NCBI GenBank assembly: GCA_951406725.2
Contig: OX597838.1
Coordinates: forward strand, 372,001 to 436,000
Origin: Octopus vulgaris
Taxonomy: Eukaryota
DNA length: 64,000 nt
Direction of reading: 5' to 3'
Shown: positions 35,301 to 49,400 of the stretch, piece after piece
Position numbering within the stretch: position 1 is the first letter of the stretch
How the letters are laid out: each line of letters begins with the position of its first letter
The notes under the pieces: generated by a model
The model's database searches: none
What the model was told of the DNA's origin: nothing
The model's input: only the letters and a program-made list of their open reading frames with translations
Program-made: the position numbers and the translations under genes

Positions 35301-38300
35301 AGCAGTCGATGAAATAAAAACTACTGAAGTTAGTTTAATTCACAAAACCTTCCCTAAAATTAAGGTTTCTTTATCAGAAATCATTTAAGATGACAAAAAG
35401 TCTTTTGTTTACAGAAATTTGTGACATTTAGTTGTGTTACCTCCCTTACACTATCTTAGCCTTAGTGTTCCATTGAACACAGTTTTACTCTCATCTTCCT
35501 TTGAACACAATGTGTCCTGTTCATAAAATGCTCTCACACTGTAACATGGCCTCTCTGATAGAAATGGCTTAAACTTCAGTTCTTTGTCTTTCTCCTTCAT
35601 CTTGTTGATGAGTTTTACTTCTGACATTGATAGGTATTCCATCAGTGTCCAATGATGACAAAGTCTGTGTTTTCAGTGATGAGAGTGCTACATGTGACTC
35701 TGCAATCCAAAGCTGGCAGCCCACCGGTGCCCACAGATGTCACAACAAGAGTCTGTTGTCTGGATTGAGGTGTCTGCTGCCCTGTGATGTCTTTCTCCTG
35801 CAGCATCGAGACACCGTTACCATTCCTCTTTGAAGACAGCTTCTGCTGGTGAGGTGAAAGACCTTCATGCTGACCTGTCTGTGGCAGAGGCTTTGAGTTT
35901 GCATGATCTAATGCCACTCCATTAGAGGTTACTGTTTGGAGTGTCTTTGTACCTCAGTTTAAGTCTTCCTCATTTGCATGAGCCAGGTGTGAGCTCGCTG
36001 TTTGGCTACACTGTTGTTGTCAGTCATCCTCATGACATGTCCAGTCCAGCATGACTGAGCCTTCAGCAACATTGAGTCTGTCCAGTCCAGCATGACTGAG
36101 CCTTCAGCAACATTGAGTCTGTCCAGTCCAGCATGACTGAGCCTTCAGCAACATTGAGTCTCTCCAGTCCAGCATGACTGAGCCTTCAGCAACATTGAGT
36201 CTGTCCAGTCCAGCATGACTGAGCCTTCAGCAACATTGACTCTCTCCAGTACTTGTTGGTTTGTCACACTGTCCTGCTAGCAATTCTGCCAGGATCCTGT
36301 GCAATGCCCTTGTGGGAAACTGTTCCAGCTGTTTGATGTTTCAACAGTATGGGGTTCATGTTTGACATCCATAGAGTAGAAATGACTATAGCCTTGTCCA
36401 ACTTGTCCTTCACACAGGTCCTACTTTACACAGTGAAAGACCTAGACCTGGGCATATATATCAAATATCGCTCTGACAGCCCTGTTTTTGACCTCTGGAC
36501 AAACCAAGACATTGGAAAAGCTTGTCACTGAAGCCCTATTTGCAGATAACTGTGCCCTTGTGACACACAAGGAAAATCTTCTGCACACCATTGTTGCTTG
36601 CTTTGGCATTATAGAGAGGATTAATTAAGTTAGTGTGGACATGTTTGGACATTATTTCAGTTTCTTATTTGGGCAGTGCTACAAACAGATTGTGTTTCTG
36701 GGAATTATTTTATTCACAAAATCTGGGCATTGTAGAACCCATTGCAATCCTTAAGCATAAAATAAAGATGAAATTATAAAAATAATTTTAGCTTAGCAAG
36801 GACTTTTTTCTGATTTTCTGCAGAATTCAGTTCAGATCCGAATTCCCCCCAAACCAGCTGTACCAATACCACCTGTGTCTTTTCATTCACCTGAAGAGTC
36901 TGAAAGTTTATCCAAATCTTTAAAGTTGTTATCTTCACTATCTAAGGTAAGTTAGCGAGTTTCCTTCTTTCTCCCTACTTAGCTCTGTCATTCTGACCAG
37001 GCTGACAGTTCTAACAAACTCTGCTATGTCAAGGTAAGGGCTGCAACTGAATATCACTTTGTAAATGACATCAAATTTAGACATTTTTGCATTTTTAACA
37101 AAATTACATCCTCAACAATAAATTGTTTTTGAAGCAACAACCTTTCTGTTAAATAGAGAAAAGGCAAGTTCTAGAGATTGTTTACGCAACTCACCTAACG
37201 CCACCTCCAACTTTTCAAAGCCCAACGTTACCAACCTGTTTAATTATCTATTCATATATGAGACAATTGACACAAATCTTATTATTACATTAGTATGGCA
37301 CCTGATTTCAATATAGACAAACACACACTAGGGTTAGCAGATACTGGAATACAAGTGGTTCCTTTTGCAACCCCTAGTTTACCATTGTTTTGGCAAAACA
37401 AGGTTTAAAGTTGTTAGTACTTGCATGTACAAGACACCAGCTTGCAAGTGTGTGCAAAGGTTTGGACTTCATTACTTAAAATAATGCAACTGTTTTGTAC
37501 TTTATCTGGAATTTTATGTGCCATTTAAGGAAGACTGCAGACATTGTACAATAATATCATATGTTGGTGCAAATGCTCTACAGTTGTGACGTAACAATAC
37601 ATATGTGTTATTATTGAATGTGTATATGCATGTTCAATAATAACAATACAGTACAGTAGTGGTGCATAACAATATATCAACTGTACAGTAATGACATGTA
37701 GCCATACATATAGTGTACAGTAATGACATGTAGCCATACATATAGTGTACAGTAATGATACACAAATACAAAAGTGACTAAACTATTTTTATTGTGTTAA
37801 ATTAAACTTCAAGATAAATCTTCCTCTGGATTACTCACCAATTGTGTCTCTGCTAATATCCCTCAGCTAGCTTTTTTTTTTATTCTGCTTGCTGGGTCAG
37901 GAGGAAGTGGCAGTGGTGCCTATGACCCTTGCAGGCTGTCCATGAGATTGATGAGTTGTTATGTAAACTAACCACGTGTTTAACTGTTGTTAGTAGCTTT
38001 GTAAAACAACCAGGTTAATTATGGTTTGCAATTTTGTAAAGTGGTGTCCTTAAAAATTCATTCAGGATTCTCTGCCATAGTATCTTACTTCAAGAAGCCT
38101 GAGAGACATCATCATCATCATTGTTTAATGTCTGCTCTCTATGCTGGCATGGGTTGGATGGTTTGACATGGAACTGGTTAGCAGGGAGCTCTCCAGACAC
38201 CAACCACTTAACAGAGTGTGCTGGGTGTTTTTTTCTGTGCCACCAGCACAGATACAGCACTGGCACAGGTGCACCTGGAAGTACAAACCTGTGTGTGGAA

Positions 38301-38812
38301 GACAGGGATTTTAATTAGCTTGACATGTCTTATCAAGTACAGCAAATCACCACATCACCTGGTCCCTTGTTATTTCCTTAGTGAGGCCCAGAATCTAAAG
38401 GTCCTTTCTCACTACCCCTATCCACAGGTACCCTCCACAGTTAGGGCTTGGCACTTCTTTATGCAGCTGTCCTCATCCATATGCATCACATGACCAAACC
38501 AGCACCGTCTTCTCTCTTGCACACAACATCTGATGCCTCTTACATCATTTGCGCTTTGTCATGTGTCCATACTGACTTACCCATCCAGCAGAGTGTGCTA
38601 GCTTCATTTCTTCCAAGCTTTTGCAAGTCCTCTGTAGTCAAAGCCCATGTTTCTCTGCCATGTAAATTAGCTGTACATACACAAGCATCATACAATCTAC
38701 CTTTCTTTCTGAAGGAGAGGCCCTTAGTGTTTGACTAGTACTTTGTGTGAATGTGTATTTGTGTATATGTTCCACCCATGCCAGCATGAAATGCAGATGT
38801 TAAACAGTGATG

Positions 38813-38843
<31 letters not shown>

Positions 38844-39491
38844 CAATATCAGTTCTAATAATGACACAAAAAGAACGAATGAAGCCTAAATGCATTGGTT
38901 GCAGGCATTAATAGGCTAAGGTTAGAGGAAGGGGTGTTCACTTAAAATATTCAATGAAATGGAGGAGGGGGGAGGAGGAAGAAATACCGAAAATATCTGG
39001 CAGCACAAACTAGAGGTTAATTTGGATGTTTGGCTATTGTGTTCACATCTACTACAGACATCATGTTTGCTTCCTCTGAACTCGACATTTAATTCTACCT
39101 GCTTTATTTTATCAAAATAAGTGCAGAATTTCTCAGAAATATTATCTTATATTCAACACTCATTGATGTCTCTCTGTAATTCCAGTCAATGTCCTTACTG
39201 TTTTCTTGTATATTCTTTAGAAATAATTTTTTTTTATCTTTATCCTGTCTGTTTAAATCTTTGAATCCTTTTGCATTTTAGACGACAGTCAAAGATTGTG
39301 GTCAATTAGAGAATCTGGAGACAGTAAAGACCATTGTGAAGGAAGTGAAAAAGAGTAAAACTCACCAGCTAATATTCCAAACAGATGATTCACCAGTGCC
39401 TTCGAAGATAACTCGATCAGTTAGCCATTGTCTACAGAATCAACAAATGCATCGACGACAATCTCCTCGCTTTAAGAGACGAACTCCTTAA
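29144..39491 (+). CDS. NSL1: Kinetochore-associated protein NSL1 homolog (MIS12 complex), 5 exons, about 257 aa
   Basis: Exons 29144-29347, 33649-33724, 34958-35118, 36824-36946, 39282-39491 (774 nt, phases consistent). [31 protein letters not shown] and KTHQLIF resemble human NSL1 FESAVQENISI, QFDEIIVDIATKRKQYPRKI and RIHQEVF as recalled. Confidence 0.8.
30122..30370. mobile_element. Merlin-like MITE family B (CpG-rich long TIRs, 8-bp TSD)
   Basis: GGTACGACTTGAGAAC...GTTCTCAAGTAGTACC, about 85-bp imperfect TIRs; perfect TSD CAAACTTC at 30114-30121 and 30371-30378. Confidence 0.9.
30680..31470 (-). mobile_element. Degenerate RTE LINE 3' fragment
   Basis: RTE tail plus a decayed HYLGDQI-like segment on the minus strand. 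Confidence 0.6.
31674..33102 (+). mobile_element. Decayed hAT (Charlie/Buster, ZBED5/FAM200-like) DNA transposon
   Basis: [40 protein letters not shown]; right TIR AGGTTAAGAACCACTG ends at 33102. Confidence 0.85.
33103..33265 (-). mobile_element. R4/Dong-like non-LTR element, restriction-like endonuclease fragment
   Basis: [35 protein letters not shown]. Confidence 0.75.
33649..33724 (+). CDS. NSL1: NSL1 exon 2
   Basis: [25 protein letters not shown]; cag/gtaaat. Confidence 0.8.
34477..34548. repeat. 18-bp tandem repeat, about 4 copies
   Basis: GGACAAGTAGAATTGTTA units. Confidence 0.9.
34958..35118 (+). CDS. NSL1: NSL1 exon 3
   Basis: [54 protein letters not shown]. Confidence 0.88.
35600..36600. 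mobile_element. RTE/BovB-like LINE fragment with internal inversion and 41-bp amplification
   Basis: Minus-strand 3' ORF part 35600-36340; plus-strand RT part ([22 protein letters not shown]) 36400-36600. Confidence 0.7.
36039..36243. repeat. 41-bp tandem repeat x5
   Basis: GTCCAGTCCAGCATGACTGAGCCTTCAGCAACATTGAGTCT starting at 36039, 36080, 36121, 36162, 36203. Confidence 0.95.
36824..36946 (+). CDS. NSL1: NSL1 exon 4
   Basis: [41 protein letters not shown]; ctgcag/gtaagt. Confidence 0.82.
38105..38735 (-). mobile_element. RTE LINE 3' fragment
   Basis: Reverse complement of the 8790-9700 type sequence. Confidence 0.75.
39282..39491 (+). CDS. NSL1: NSL1 exon 5 (last coding)
   Basis: [32 protein letters not shown]...[12 protein letters not shown], stop TAA. 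Confidence 0.82.
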   Translation, partial: TTVKDCGQLENLETVKTIVKEVKKSKTHQLIFQTDDSPVPSKITRSVSHCLQNQQMHRRQSPRFKRRTP

Positions 39492-42400
39492 ATTTCTCAC
39501 AGCTCAACTTCCCATTTTCTGCTTAAAATCAACTGAAAAGCTTTTATTTTCCCCTAAACTTTGGCACAGAAACCTAATCAAGCCTTCTTCTCTACTGCAA
39601 TCCTATCTTTGGCAAGTATCAGCTTTGGCTTGATTCAACTGTTTATCTCCTTCCCTGTGAATTTGTGTAAGAACTCCTCCTCCTCCTCCTCATCATCATC
39701 TTGCTCATGTCCACTTTGTCTGTCATCCATCCTCAGTAAAGAAGGTTCAAATCAACTTTGTTGTAACCCACCTCGCTCCCATGCTGAGGGGCTCATCCAA
39801 CAGAGTTGGGTGTAAATTTCCTTCCTCTTTCATTCACCACAGATAATTTTCATCACAACATCAAACATGTAATGACAGTCATTTTTATAAAAATTAGAGG
39901 ATCTGAACTATTGATTTGTCATCTTGGATCTGTTCTTCAAATTGGTTTTCTTTACAAACATAATTGGAGCAATTAGATTCTTAACTATTCTTTAAATCTC
40001 ATTACCAGAGAATTAGTAACCATGTTGGGTACCTTGTTCTTAGCTGAGGACAGGGACCAACCAAATAAGCACCAGTTACTGACTGTTGATTGAGAATCCT
40101 CTATGTGAGTGGATTGTAACTTGATGTTCTTGAGCGAGTTTTTTTCATAGTAGTCTCCAAGGCATGGATATTTATCTGAATGGATTTACATTTCAAACAA
40201 CAAACTGATATTTACAAAAGATATTCTAGTTTTATGTGGATTACAAATATTTGATGCTGTCTCAAAATTAACTAAGATGCTTAACACCTTTCACTTGTAT
40301 CCCAGCCAAAATAACAAAAGCCAACAATTTGTACTTTATTAGGTCTTCCTACAGTTGAAGGAAAGTCTTAGGGAATTATTTAATGTGACTGTCGGTTTTA
40401 TGAGTAGAATGTTCACTAGATGCAATGCCTTAGTGATGTGATTTTTTAATTGGAGAAAGTCAGTGCATTTTAGTGTATTTTGATGTTCAGTCCATGTAGC
40501 ACTAAATTTGTAGAGCTGGTGTCTTGTTGCTTTATTTAAACTAATAAATAGTGGACTACAAATTAATAAAACATCATTTATTCAGCTTCCTTACCACATG
40601 TTTACAACATTGGATTCTACTTACTCATGGTGCTTATTAAGAGCCTAGTAAATTGGTACACCATGAGTAGAGTATTTTGATCCCTTAATTTAGCTAACTG
40701 ATGCCCGGTTGTGTCATCTGAAACTGTCTACAGAGGATAGAGAATAAACAGTGATCCATCTGGATCCGTGTGGTAGCATTCAGCAGTAAACTCAATTGCT
40801 GACTGATCCATTTAGCATTTTAGAAACAGCAATGTTCCATAGAGCTGGTACTTAATCTCTTTCCTTAATTTGTTTAACCATCTCTTGGCTAGGAAGCTAG
40901 TAAACATTGCAAGGGACTTTCTCCACTACTACTAAGGTGCAATGTCAATTGAAATGTCTTCCTGTGGATTTGAACTAAAAACCTATGAATTGACAGTCTA
41001 GTACCTGATCTACTCAGCTAATTTTGCCTCTCTTCAACATTAATACTCTTACAGAATGAGTCTACTTGACAACTTTCATTTCTTTTCTATCTGATAGTCT
41101 CAGTCTTTGCTGAGCATGGGAAAATAATTATTTTTCCATTTGTACATAATGTGTGTAAATACTTGTGTGTGTGTGTGTGTGTGTGTGTGTACCTGTAAAA
41201 CGGAATATATTTTCATTAGTTGGTGAAATAAAGATTGAATTATATTGTTGTTGTTTTTTTTTACCTGTTTATTTTATACACCTCTCTCATTTTATATATC
41301 TACAAAAGCAGAATAAAATGAAAATGTACACATTCAAACATTATTATTATTATTATACTGAAGTGTTATCCATCGTATGACGGATAACTCTGGAAATATC
41401 TTTTTGCCATTATGGGTAATATCAGGAATTTATGTTTGAAATAAGTAAATATAAACGATTTTTTATATATTCAGTTGTTTTGTTTAACCAGAAAAAAAAA
41501 CAAAAAAACTATTTCTATATATTTGACACTTGGGTAATGCTGGATGCATCATCTCTGTACACTTTTCTTGGTTGACATCATCATCATCATCATTTAACAT
41601 CCATTTTTCCATGCTAGCAAGGCTTGGACGGCTTGACTGGAGCTGCACCAGTCTCCATTGTCTACTTTGGAATGGTTCCTACAGCTGGATGCCTTTCCTA
41701 ACACCAGTCACTTTACATGGCACACTGGGTGCTTTTTATGTGGCACCAGCACTGACAGGGTCACCAAGTCCCTTGCAAGACATAAACTCCTTCACTGGTG
41801 TTGGGATGGGTGGTGAGGATTGTTGGGATATTCCCTTGAGGGACATTGGGGGTGCAGAGAATAAGTGAGGTGATAGAGAGGTTTGGACTGGGTGAATGGT
41901 CAATAGAAGTGACTGTGGCAAGTGATAGAGTAAAATATGGGAGAGGCCTGAGGGGAAGGGATTGCAGTAAATGTGTGAGGTGAGAGCAGATAAGCAAGAT
42001 ATTAAGGATGGAGAGAGGAGACAGAGGAAGGTGGTGGAGGATAGAGAAGTGATGGGTGTTAGGGGATGAAATGTGGGGGAAAAGGATTGACATTTACAAA
42101 AGCATGATTTTTTTTCAAACTGGTTGAAGAATGAGCTCTGTGAACTTTGTCCAGCCTATTCTTATTCTAGTAGCTATGCTCTTGGAGCATCCACTGCCAC
42201 TGCTGACTTGGCTACCCTAGATAATGTTCAGTACAGTATAATTCCTGTTATGGGAATTGCACTCACATGTGACTTTCAGGACCCTTTTCTTCAGAGTGGA
42301 GACAATCTTCAGCCCCTAACAACTAATAACTCTTTATAGAGCTTAAGAAGGACCCACAATAAAATAATGTACCCACATCTTAGATGGAGCTGCTACTGCA

Positions 42401-43210
42401 CTAAAAGACAATCAAGATTGCATTAAAAAATGGTCATTTTACCAACTGGCAGCAAGTTAGTCATCAACATCTGACCCCACAGACATTCAGTCTCCTCTTT
42501 CTACAGTTGTCTCTGCTTCTGGGAACTGGTAGGTCTGATTCCCTCTCTACTAAATTCCTTATCTATGGTAGGTTTTGTACAAACACTATTTCTCTTTTTG
42601 CCAGTCCTTCCTCCCCAGAACATCAGTGCTCTAGAATTCCCCCAGAACTGTAATGGCTCTGGGTGGCACATCAATTGAGCTAGACCCCAGAAAAAGGACT
42701 TCCCAGCTACAGGCACCCGTTGCACACACACAGGCTTTGGTGTCAACTTGCCATGTTTGTCAGGCTGACAATTTTGGTAAAATATAATGTTTAGACATTG
42801 GGTGAGAGCAGGAGAGTTGGATGTTTTCATACCTGTCATGTAGACATTTATAAACACAATTATATATGTATATATATCCTGTGTTTATATATATATATAC
42901 ACACACATTCACACCTGGCCATCTACATGTCAAGTGCCAGAGTGAGATGGTTATATTTAGAGAGAGGGTGGAGAATTAGGAGTGAGAGGGAAGGCATTGG
43001 ATTACATTGAAGTGGCAGGTGGGGAGAGGAAAGCAGGTCAAATTTAGAAATTAGGAGAATGGGTGTGAGAAAGAGACATAGAGATGGGGGAGGAGAGAAA
43101 GACAGACAGACAAGTAAAGAGAGAGAAAGCATCGTATCTGACCGCATGGTTGTACCTCAGTTGATAACATCTTAATGTAATTTTAAGTTGACCACTTTCT
43201 CTCCTCTGAT

Positions 43211-43268
43211 ATGTTAAAGGTGTTATTCCTCTTCGCAGCTTCTCTGCTCATCATTGATGTCTCCACAG
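43211..43268 (+). CDS. Protease 1 exon 1 (signal peptide)
   Basis: MLKVLFLFAASLLIIDVST, phase-1 donor cag/gtaaat, as is typical of S1 signal exons. Confidence 0.75.
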
Positions 43269-43426
43269 GTAAATCTTTTACATCTACAATATCTTCTTAT
43301 TACATTTGCACCTTTTTATAATGTTATCTCACTTAGGTGGAGCCTCAAATACTTCCAACCTTGACTCACCACCACTGAAGGGGGGGGAATCATCAGAAGT
43401 GGATGACTCAACATAAAACTGGTTCA

Positions 43427-43462
<36 letters not shown>

Positions 43463-46400
43463 TCTCTCTCTCTCTCTCTCCCTCTCACCCTCTCTCTCTC
43501 TCTCTCCCCCCTCTCTCTCAGTACAAATTTCTGCAACATCAGCAAAAAGGGAAATAAAAACGGTACCAATTTTGTTAAATGAAATAATTGTAATGTGAAA
43601 TTTATTCGAAAAAAGTAAATGTAAAATATGGAAAAAAATTAAAGGTGGGGAGTAAATAGTTTTATAAACCAAAACTGTTTTATGGTGAACCTTTTTGGTG
43701 GTTGTGGTTTTTATCCTACTTTGTGATACCATTAAAAAACAAACTATATTCTCTCAAAACAATGAATATATATATGTATAGATGTGTGTATGCATATATG
43801 CACACACATGTACATACATGTATATATGCACACACACACACATATATCATTATCATCATGTAGCATTCCTTTTCCATGCTGACATGGGTTAGATGGTTTG
43901 ACAGGAACCTGGTAAGCCAGACAGCTGTACCAGGCTCCCGTTTTGTTTTGGCTTGTTTTCTTCAGCGGGATGCCCTTCCTGATGCCAACCACTCTACAGT
44001 GGCACCAGCCGCAACCATCATTTCTCAAGCACAACAAATTGACAAAAGTCTCAGCCATATGTCATTGTCTCCTTGAGACTCAACAACCGAAGATCATGCT
44101 TCACCACCTCATCCCATGTCTTTCTGGCTCTATCTCTTCCACTGGTTCCTTCCGCAATTAGAAATTGGTATTTCTTTATGCAGCTGTCCTCATCCATATG
44201 CATCACATCACCATACCAACACAGTTTTCTTTTTTGCACATTGCATTTGGTGTCTTTTATAGTCAGTTTTTCTCTTATGACACACACTGTTGTATGTGCA
44301 CCCGGCATTGCACATCCAGTGGAGCATACTAGCTTCATTTCTTTCGAGCCTTCATTTGTTCTCTGAAGTCAAAACCCATGTAGCATAGCTGTTCCTACAC
44401 AGGTATCAATCTGCCTTTCACTCTGAAGAAGAGACCCTTTGTTATCAACAAAGGTAGAAGCTTTCTGAACTTTGCCCAGCCCATACTTATTCTAGCAGCA
44501 ATGCTCTCAGAGCATCCTCCTCCACTGTTAACTTGGTTGCCTAGGCAACAGAAGCTATCTACTACTTCCAAGTATCCCTCCTGGGCATTTGATGAAGTCT
44601 ATGTTTTGTAGATTCCTCATGTTTAGTGTACCTACACATCTACCACACACAAAGACTACTTTCTCTGTTAACTTTCCTTTGATACTGCTGCACCTCATAT
44701 GTGTCCATAGCTTGCACTGGGTACACCTCATAGAGTTTCTACATATTAAGCAAGGTCATCTCCCTTAAGGGATCTGTGATTTGTCTGTTCTACTTACTAA
44801 GTCTTTCGTCTTTACTAAATTAACTCCAAGGACCTTTGTCTCTAGACTTACTTCCACATCTGAAACCTTTTCTCTAGTTCTGGTAGTAATTCAGCTATAA
44901 GAACAAGGTCATCAGCATAGAGGAGCTGTCAGGGACAGCTCATCTTAAATTCCTCTGTTATGACCTTGACGACTATGATGAACAAAGGGGAGCTGAGAAC
45001 CAACTCCTGGTGAACCCCTACCTGTACACTGAACCCATTTCTGACTTTCACCGTAATGACTATCCCTGTATATGGCTTGTACAGCTCTCGCCAACCACTC
45101 ATCTCTCCTTAGTTTCCACATTAACCACCAGATAAGGGAGCATGGTCCCTGTCAAAAGCTTTCTCCAAGTCGACAAAAGCCAAGCAAGATGGTTTACTGT
45201 TGACCAAGCACTTCTGTAGCTGCCTTACCAGGAATATTGCATCAGTAGTGCTTCTCCCAGGAACAAATCCAAATAGCACTCATCTAAACTAACTCTCTTC
45301 TAAATTTGTTGAGTTATGATCATCTTTGCCTCTGTAGCAGTTGACTATAATGCTGCTCTACCTGTCATCGGGTATGACTCCTCTATGGACAGCTTCATTA
45401 ACTATATGGGTGACTAGACCATATACCACTCCATCACATATTTTAAGCATCTCAGTAGTGATTTCTGGTGGGCCAGGGGCTTTCATGACCTTAATAACTT
45501 TACCAATCAGGAATCATTGAAATGTCAATGTGGCAACCACAGATAACAGACTGGTAAGTTCCTGCATATATTTCCAACTTGTTTATACACCCATAGCCAC
45601 ATGTACACATATACCTTCACAAAGATCTCTACGTGCAACCTTCCCTTCTGCCCCAACTGTTAAAAAAAACTTTAGCTGTGTTTATTTCCAGCCCCCAATC
45701 TACAAATTGTGAATGGTTTTGCAGCCAAACGGTGTGAGTTCCCTTCAGTTGTTCATTTAATGATTACGGATCAATCAGATGAGGGGGAAAACAACAGCCG
45801 GTGTGCTGCCACCATTATTGACTCCACCCATCTCCTGACAGCAGCTCATTGTCTGTAAGTATTACAATCTCTTTATATATGAATTATGGCAACCAAAGGT
45901 GAAGGCAGTGTGCTGGCCCCAAATGAACTGATCCCTATATCTGTAATTATGATTTATGGCAGATATGAACCACATCTGTGACTAATACTTTACAACAGAT
46001 GTGAATGACACTATGATAGATGTGGATGATACTGCATGATAGATGTGACTGACACCATATCACATGCATGACTGTTACAATACAACAAATGACTGACACT
46101 GCATGACAGATACAACTGATATTATGACAAATGTGATTGATAATTATCTTAACATGACTTAACCTGACTGAGGAGGAAGGACAGCCTGCTCCACAACCTT
46201 TTTCAGGGTCTCTAAAACTGGTGGCAGGAGAGGAGGGGTAGTTATCCTTAAATTGATACAAAGTGGACTCATTAAAGCTATTTGAGGGTGATGAGTCAGA
46301 GTTGCCAGACCAATTAATAGGTTGACTCTGACACTTAAGGAGAAGAAAGGTTCCTCTCACACAGTTTCCATCTACCAAACTTCACTCGCAATGATTTGGT

Positions 46401-49400
46401 GGATCTGAGATTAGGATGAAGGCACCACTCTGTGAAATTGAGCCTGAAATTATGAGGTCGTGAAGCAAACTTCTTGAACACACAGCTGCATCAAAAGGCC
46501 AAAGACAGATGTGTCAGGTACTATATGGTGTGTGATTGATGTTACTGATACAATATAATAGATGTGACTGTTGCTATTTGATAGATGTGATTGACACTAT
46601 GTGACAGGCATGACTGATACTCAACAATATAAAAGTATGATAACAGACATTTGAAAGCTCTTTGTTTTGTAGCGAAGATGGTGACCCCAGCATCAAGATC
46701 AGTATTGGTTCCGTGGTTGAAGAAGAGACAGTTGAATCTTTAAACACATCGTCATTCATTGTTCATGAGAATTACACAAGAACTAATACTTTCATCTGTA
46801 AGTGCTTAATACAGTTTTGTCAAGACAAACCAAATTTTACTATGCATTACAACAACAACAGTAACAACAAGATGACAACAGCAACAACAATCTTTGCTTA
46901 ATTTTCTCTCTGTTTGCTCAGAATTAACCTTGATTAACCTATAAGTTAGCCCAAATAAACCCTATCACTGTGTATCAATGGGACAAATATGAAATACAAT
47001 AGAGTTGGCCTTGGTTAAGCCTCTTCTTGTCTGTCAAGGAAATATCAACGCTTTTGCTGTTTATTCATACTAACCAATACAACTAAAGATTTTTGAAGAA
47101 GTTCAATACTCCCTGTTATTATCATCATCATCATCATCGTCATCATCATCATCATTATTATTATCATCATCATTATTATTATTATTATCCTTTTTAACTC
47201 AGATTTTGCTGGACCTTCTGGAGTCTTGCATGCATAGAGGGCTTACACCCTGCAGCCTATTGTACCATGCTATCTGTTCTTTTCAACTTTCCTGATTATT
47301 CTGGCCATGCCAAGGAGGCAAGCCTTTTTTAACAGTTCCACTGGGCCCTCTATTCTGATATCCTTTATATTCCTCTTGATGCTATCTGATGCTGTCTCCA
47401 AGAACCCAATAGGAATTGGTACTATCTTCACTCCTCCTAGCTTGTGGCCAAACCTTGGTCTTGTGCTGCCATCATAGTACTCTCAGCTTCTTTCTTTCCA
47501 GTGCTCCTTTCTTCAGCCGATTCCACTTCTACATGGAATTGGTTTGTGAAGTCCTTTGTTGCATATGCTTCTTCATATCCTTTTTGTACTTACCGTTTTG
47601 TTTTTTCCCTTTTCTCTGCTTTCAATATGCCCTTGTCCTTAACTGACCCTAGCATGGTTTCCTTCCTTTAGGATTGGTATCTCATTAAGCTCCCAAGTTT
47701 GATAAACATGTAGTCTTCCACACTTATCAGTCCCCTTCCCCCCACTATTTGCTATCTTCATGTATAAGCAATCAGTGTCTGTACATGAATGATGGACTCC
47801 ATGCATCATTAGGAACTTTCTTGTCTTCCTGTCCAACTCCTTTAGCCCCCACCTCTCTCCACTTCAGGATTCCAGTTGTCAGTTTATTGTCAAAATTCTA
47901 TTTCTGGCATCCATCTTTGGATCCAATATTTTTTCTCACTCACAGCAGCTTTCCTTTCATTGTCTTTTCTTTTATACCATTGTTTTTAATTGTTCTTTTA
48001 TGCCATTTTGCTTAATTATTGTAATTGTTGATTTGACTCAGGTTTGTTCTTATTTCCGGTAGAATATTTGTAGGTAGCATGTTACAACCAGTAACCTTAG
48101 GGATCCACAATCTTTCAATAGTCTGTCAGGTGCTCAAAAGCCTTCCTGATAATCTTTCCTGTCCCCAAGAGGCAAACCTTCAGAAGCTCTACAGGTCATT
48201 CTATTCAAATCTCCTTCAACCATTTCTCTATATCTTTGCTCACAGTTCCCAATGCAGCACCAATTATCACAACCTTCACAGTTTATATACTCCATATTCT
48301 TGCAATCTAAAATTTCAAGGCTTGGGGTATTTTTTTAATTTCTCATCCTTTTTTTCACAATCCTAGAATCAAATGAACATGTTGGATCAATTAGAAAGCA
48401 GCTTTGCTTTTCCTTATCCTTTATTCTTATGTCTTGGTTATTATTTTCTAGTTTCTTATCTGTTTGAATAGGAAAATTATTGTTGTTGTTGTTGTAGAAA
48501 CTCTGCCAGATCTGACTGGGCCTGATGAAGCCTTCTGGCTTCACAGACCCCAGTTGAACCGTCCAACCCATGCTAGCATGGAAAACGGACGCTAAATGAT
48601 GATGATGATGATGATGATGAATACACTGGGGTTATTTCCTTCACCACAGAACATTATCCTTATACAGAATAAAAATGAAAAACACCTCCAAAAGGTTATT
48701 AATAATTAATCTAATGTCATTGTTTCTTTTATAGTTAATGACATTGCCATTGTCATCCTGCAGCAGCCAATAAACTTCACAAAATGTGTCAAAGCAGCAA
48801 AAATTGCCAAGAAAAATGCAACATTTGACAACAGGACGTGTGAGACCATTGGTTGGGGAAGAACAAAATGTATGTAACTATATAAGTATACACACACACA
48901 CGTGATAGGTATTTATATATATAATACTTAACATAAAAGCATCATTGAAAGGCATCTTATGGTGGTATTCCTCCACAGGCAATATGTCTTATGGCTGTCT
49001 AGGTTTAAAGACACAATATATATTTTGGAGAGAGAAAAATTGTGAACACCAGCTACATTTCAGCCTCATTGGGTCTCATCAATGTTGTGTACTCACAACC
49101 AGCCGCAGACTTAGATGAGATTTGTCTCCTCTGACATATGGGAAACAATGAATAAAATATTCATTTATATTGGGAATAGCGTCCAGCTGATAAAAATACA
49201 GGGTGTTTGGCTTAAATTTGACAGTTTGCATTAAAGGAACAATAAAACAATATCCCATGCAAAAATAAAAGTATTTTAAAAACCAAAAAATATCAACTGG
49301 ATTATGGCTGAGGGATTACCATTTACTCAGCGTAGTTGACATAAGCTTCCACCACCTCCTCATGATGACCCCAGAACCTAGCACATGCATTCTTAATTGT

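Noticed and set aside
36039-36243. CRISPR-like repeat array
   Set aside because: Contiguous tandem units with no spacers, eukaryotic LINE-derived sequence, no cas genes
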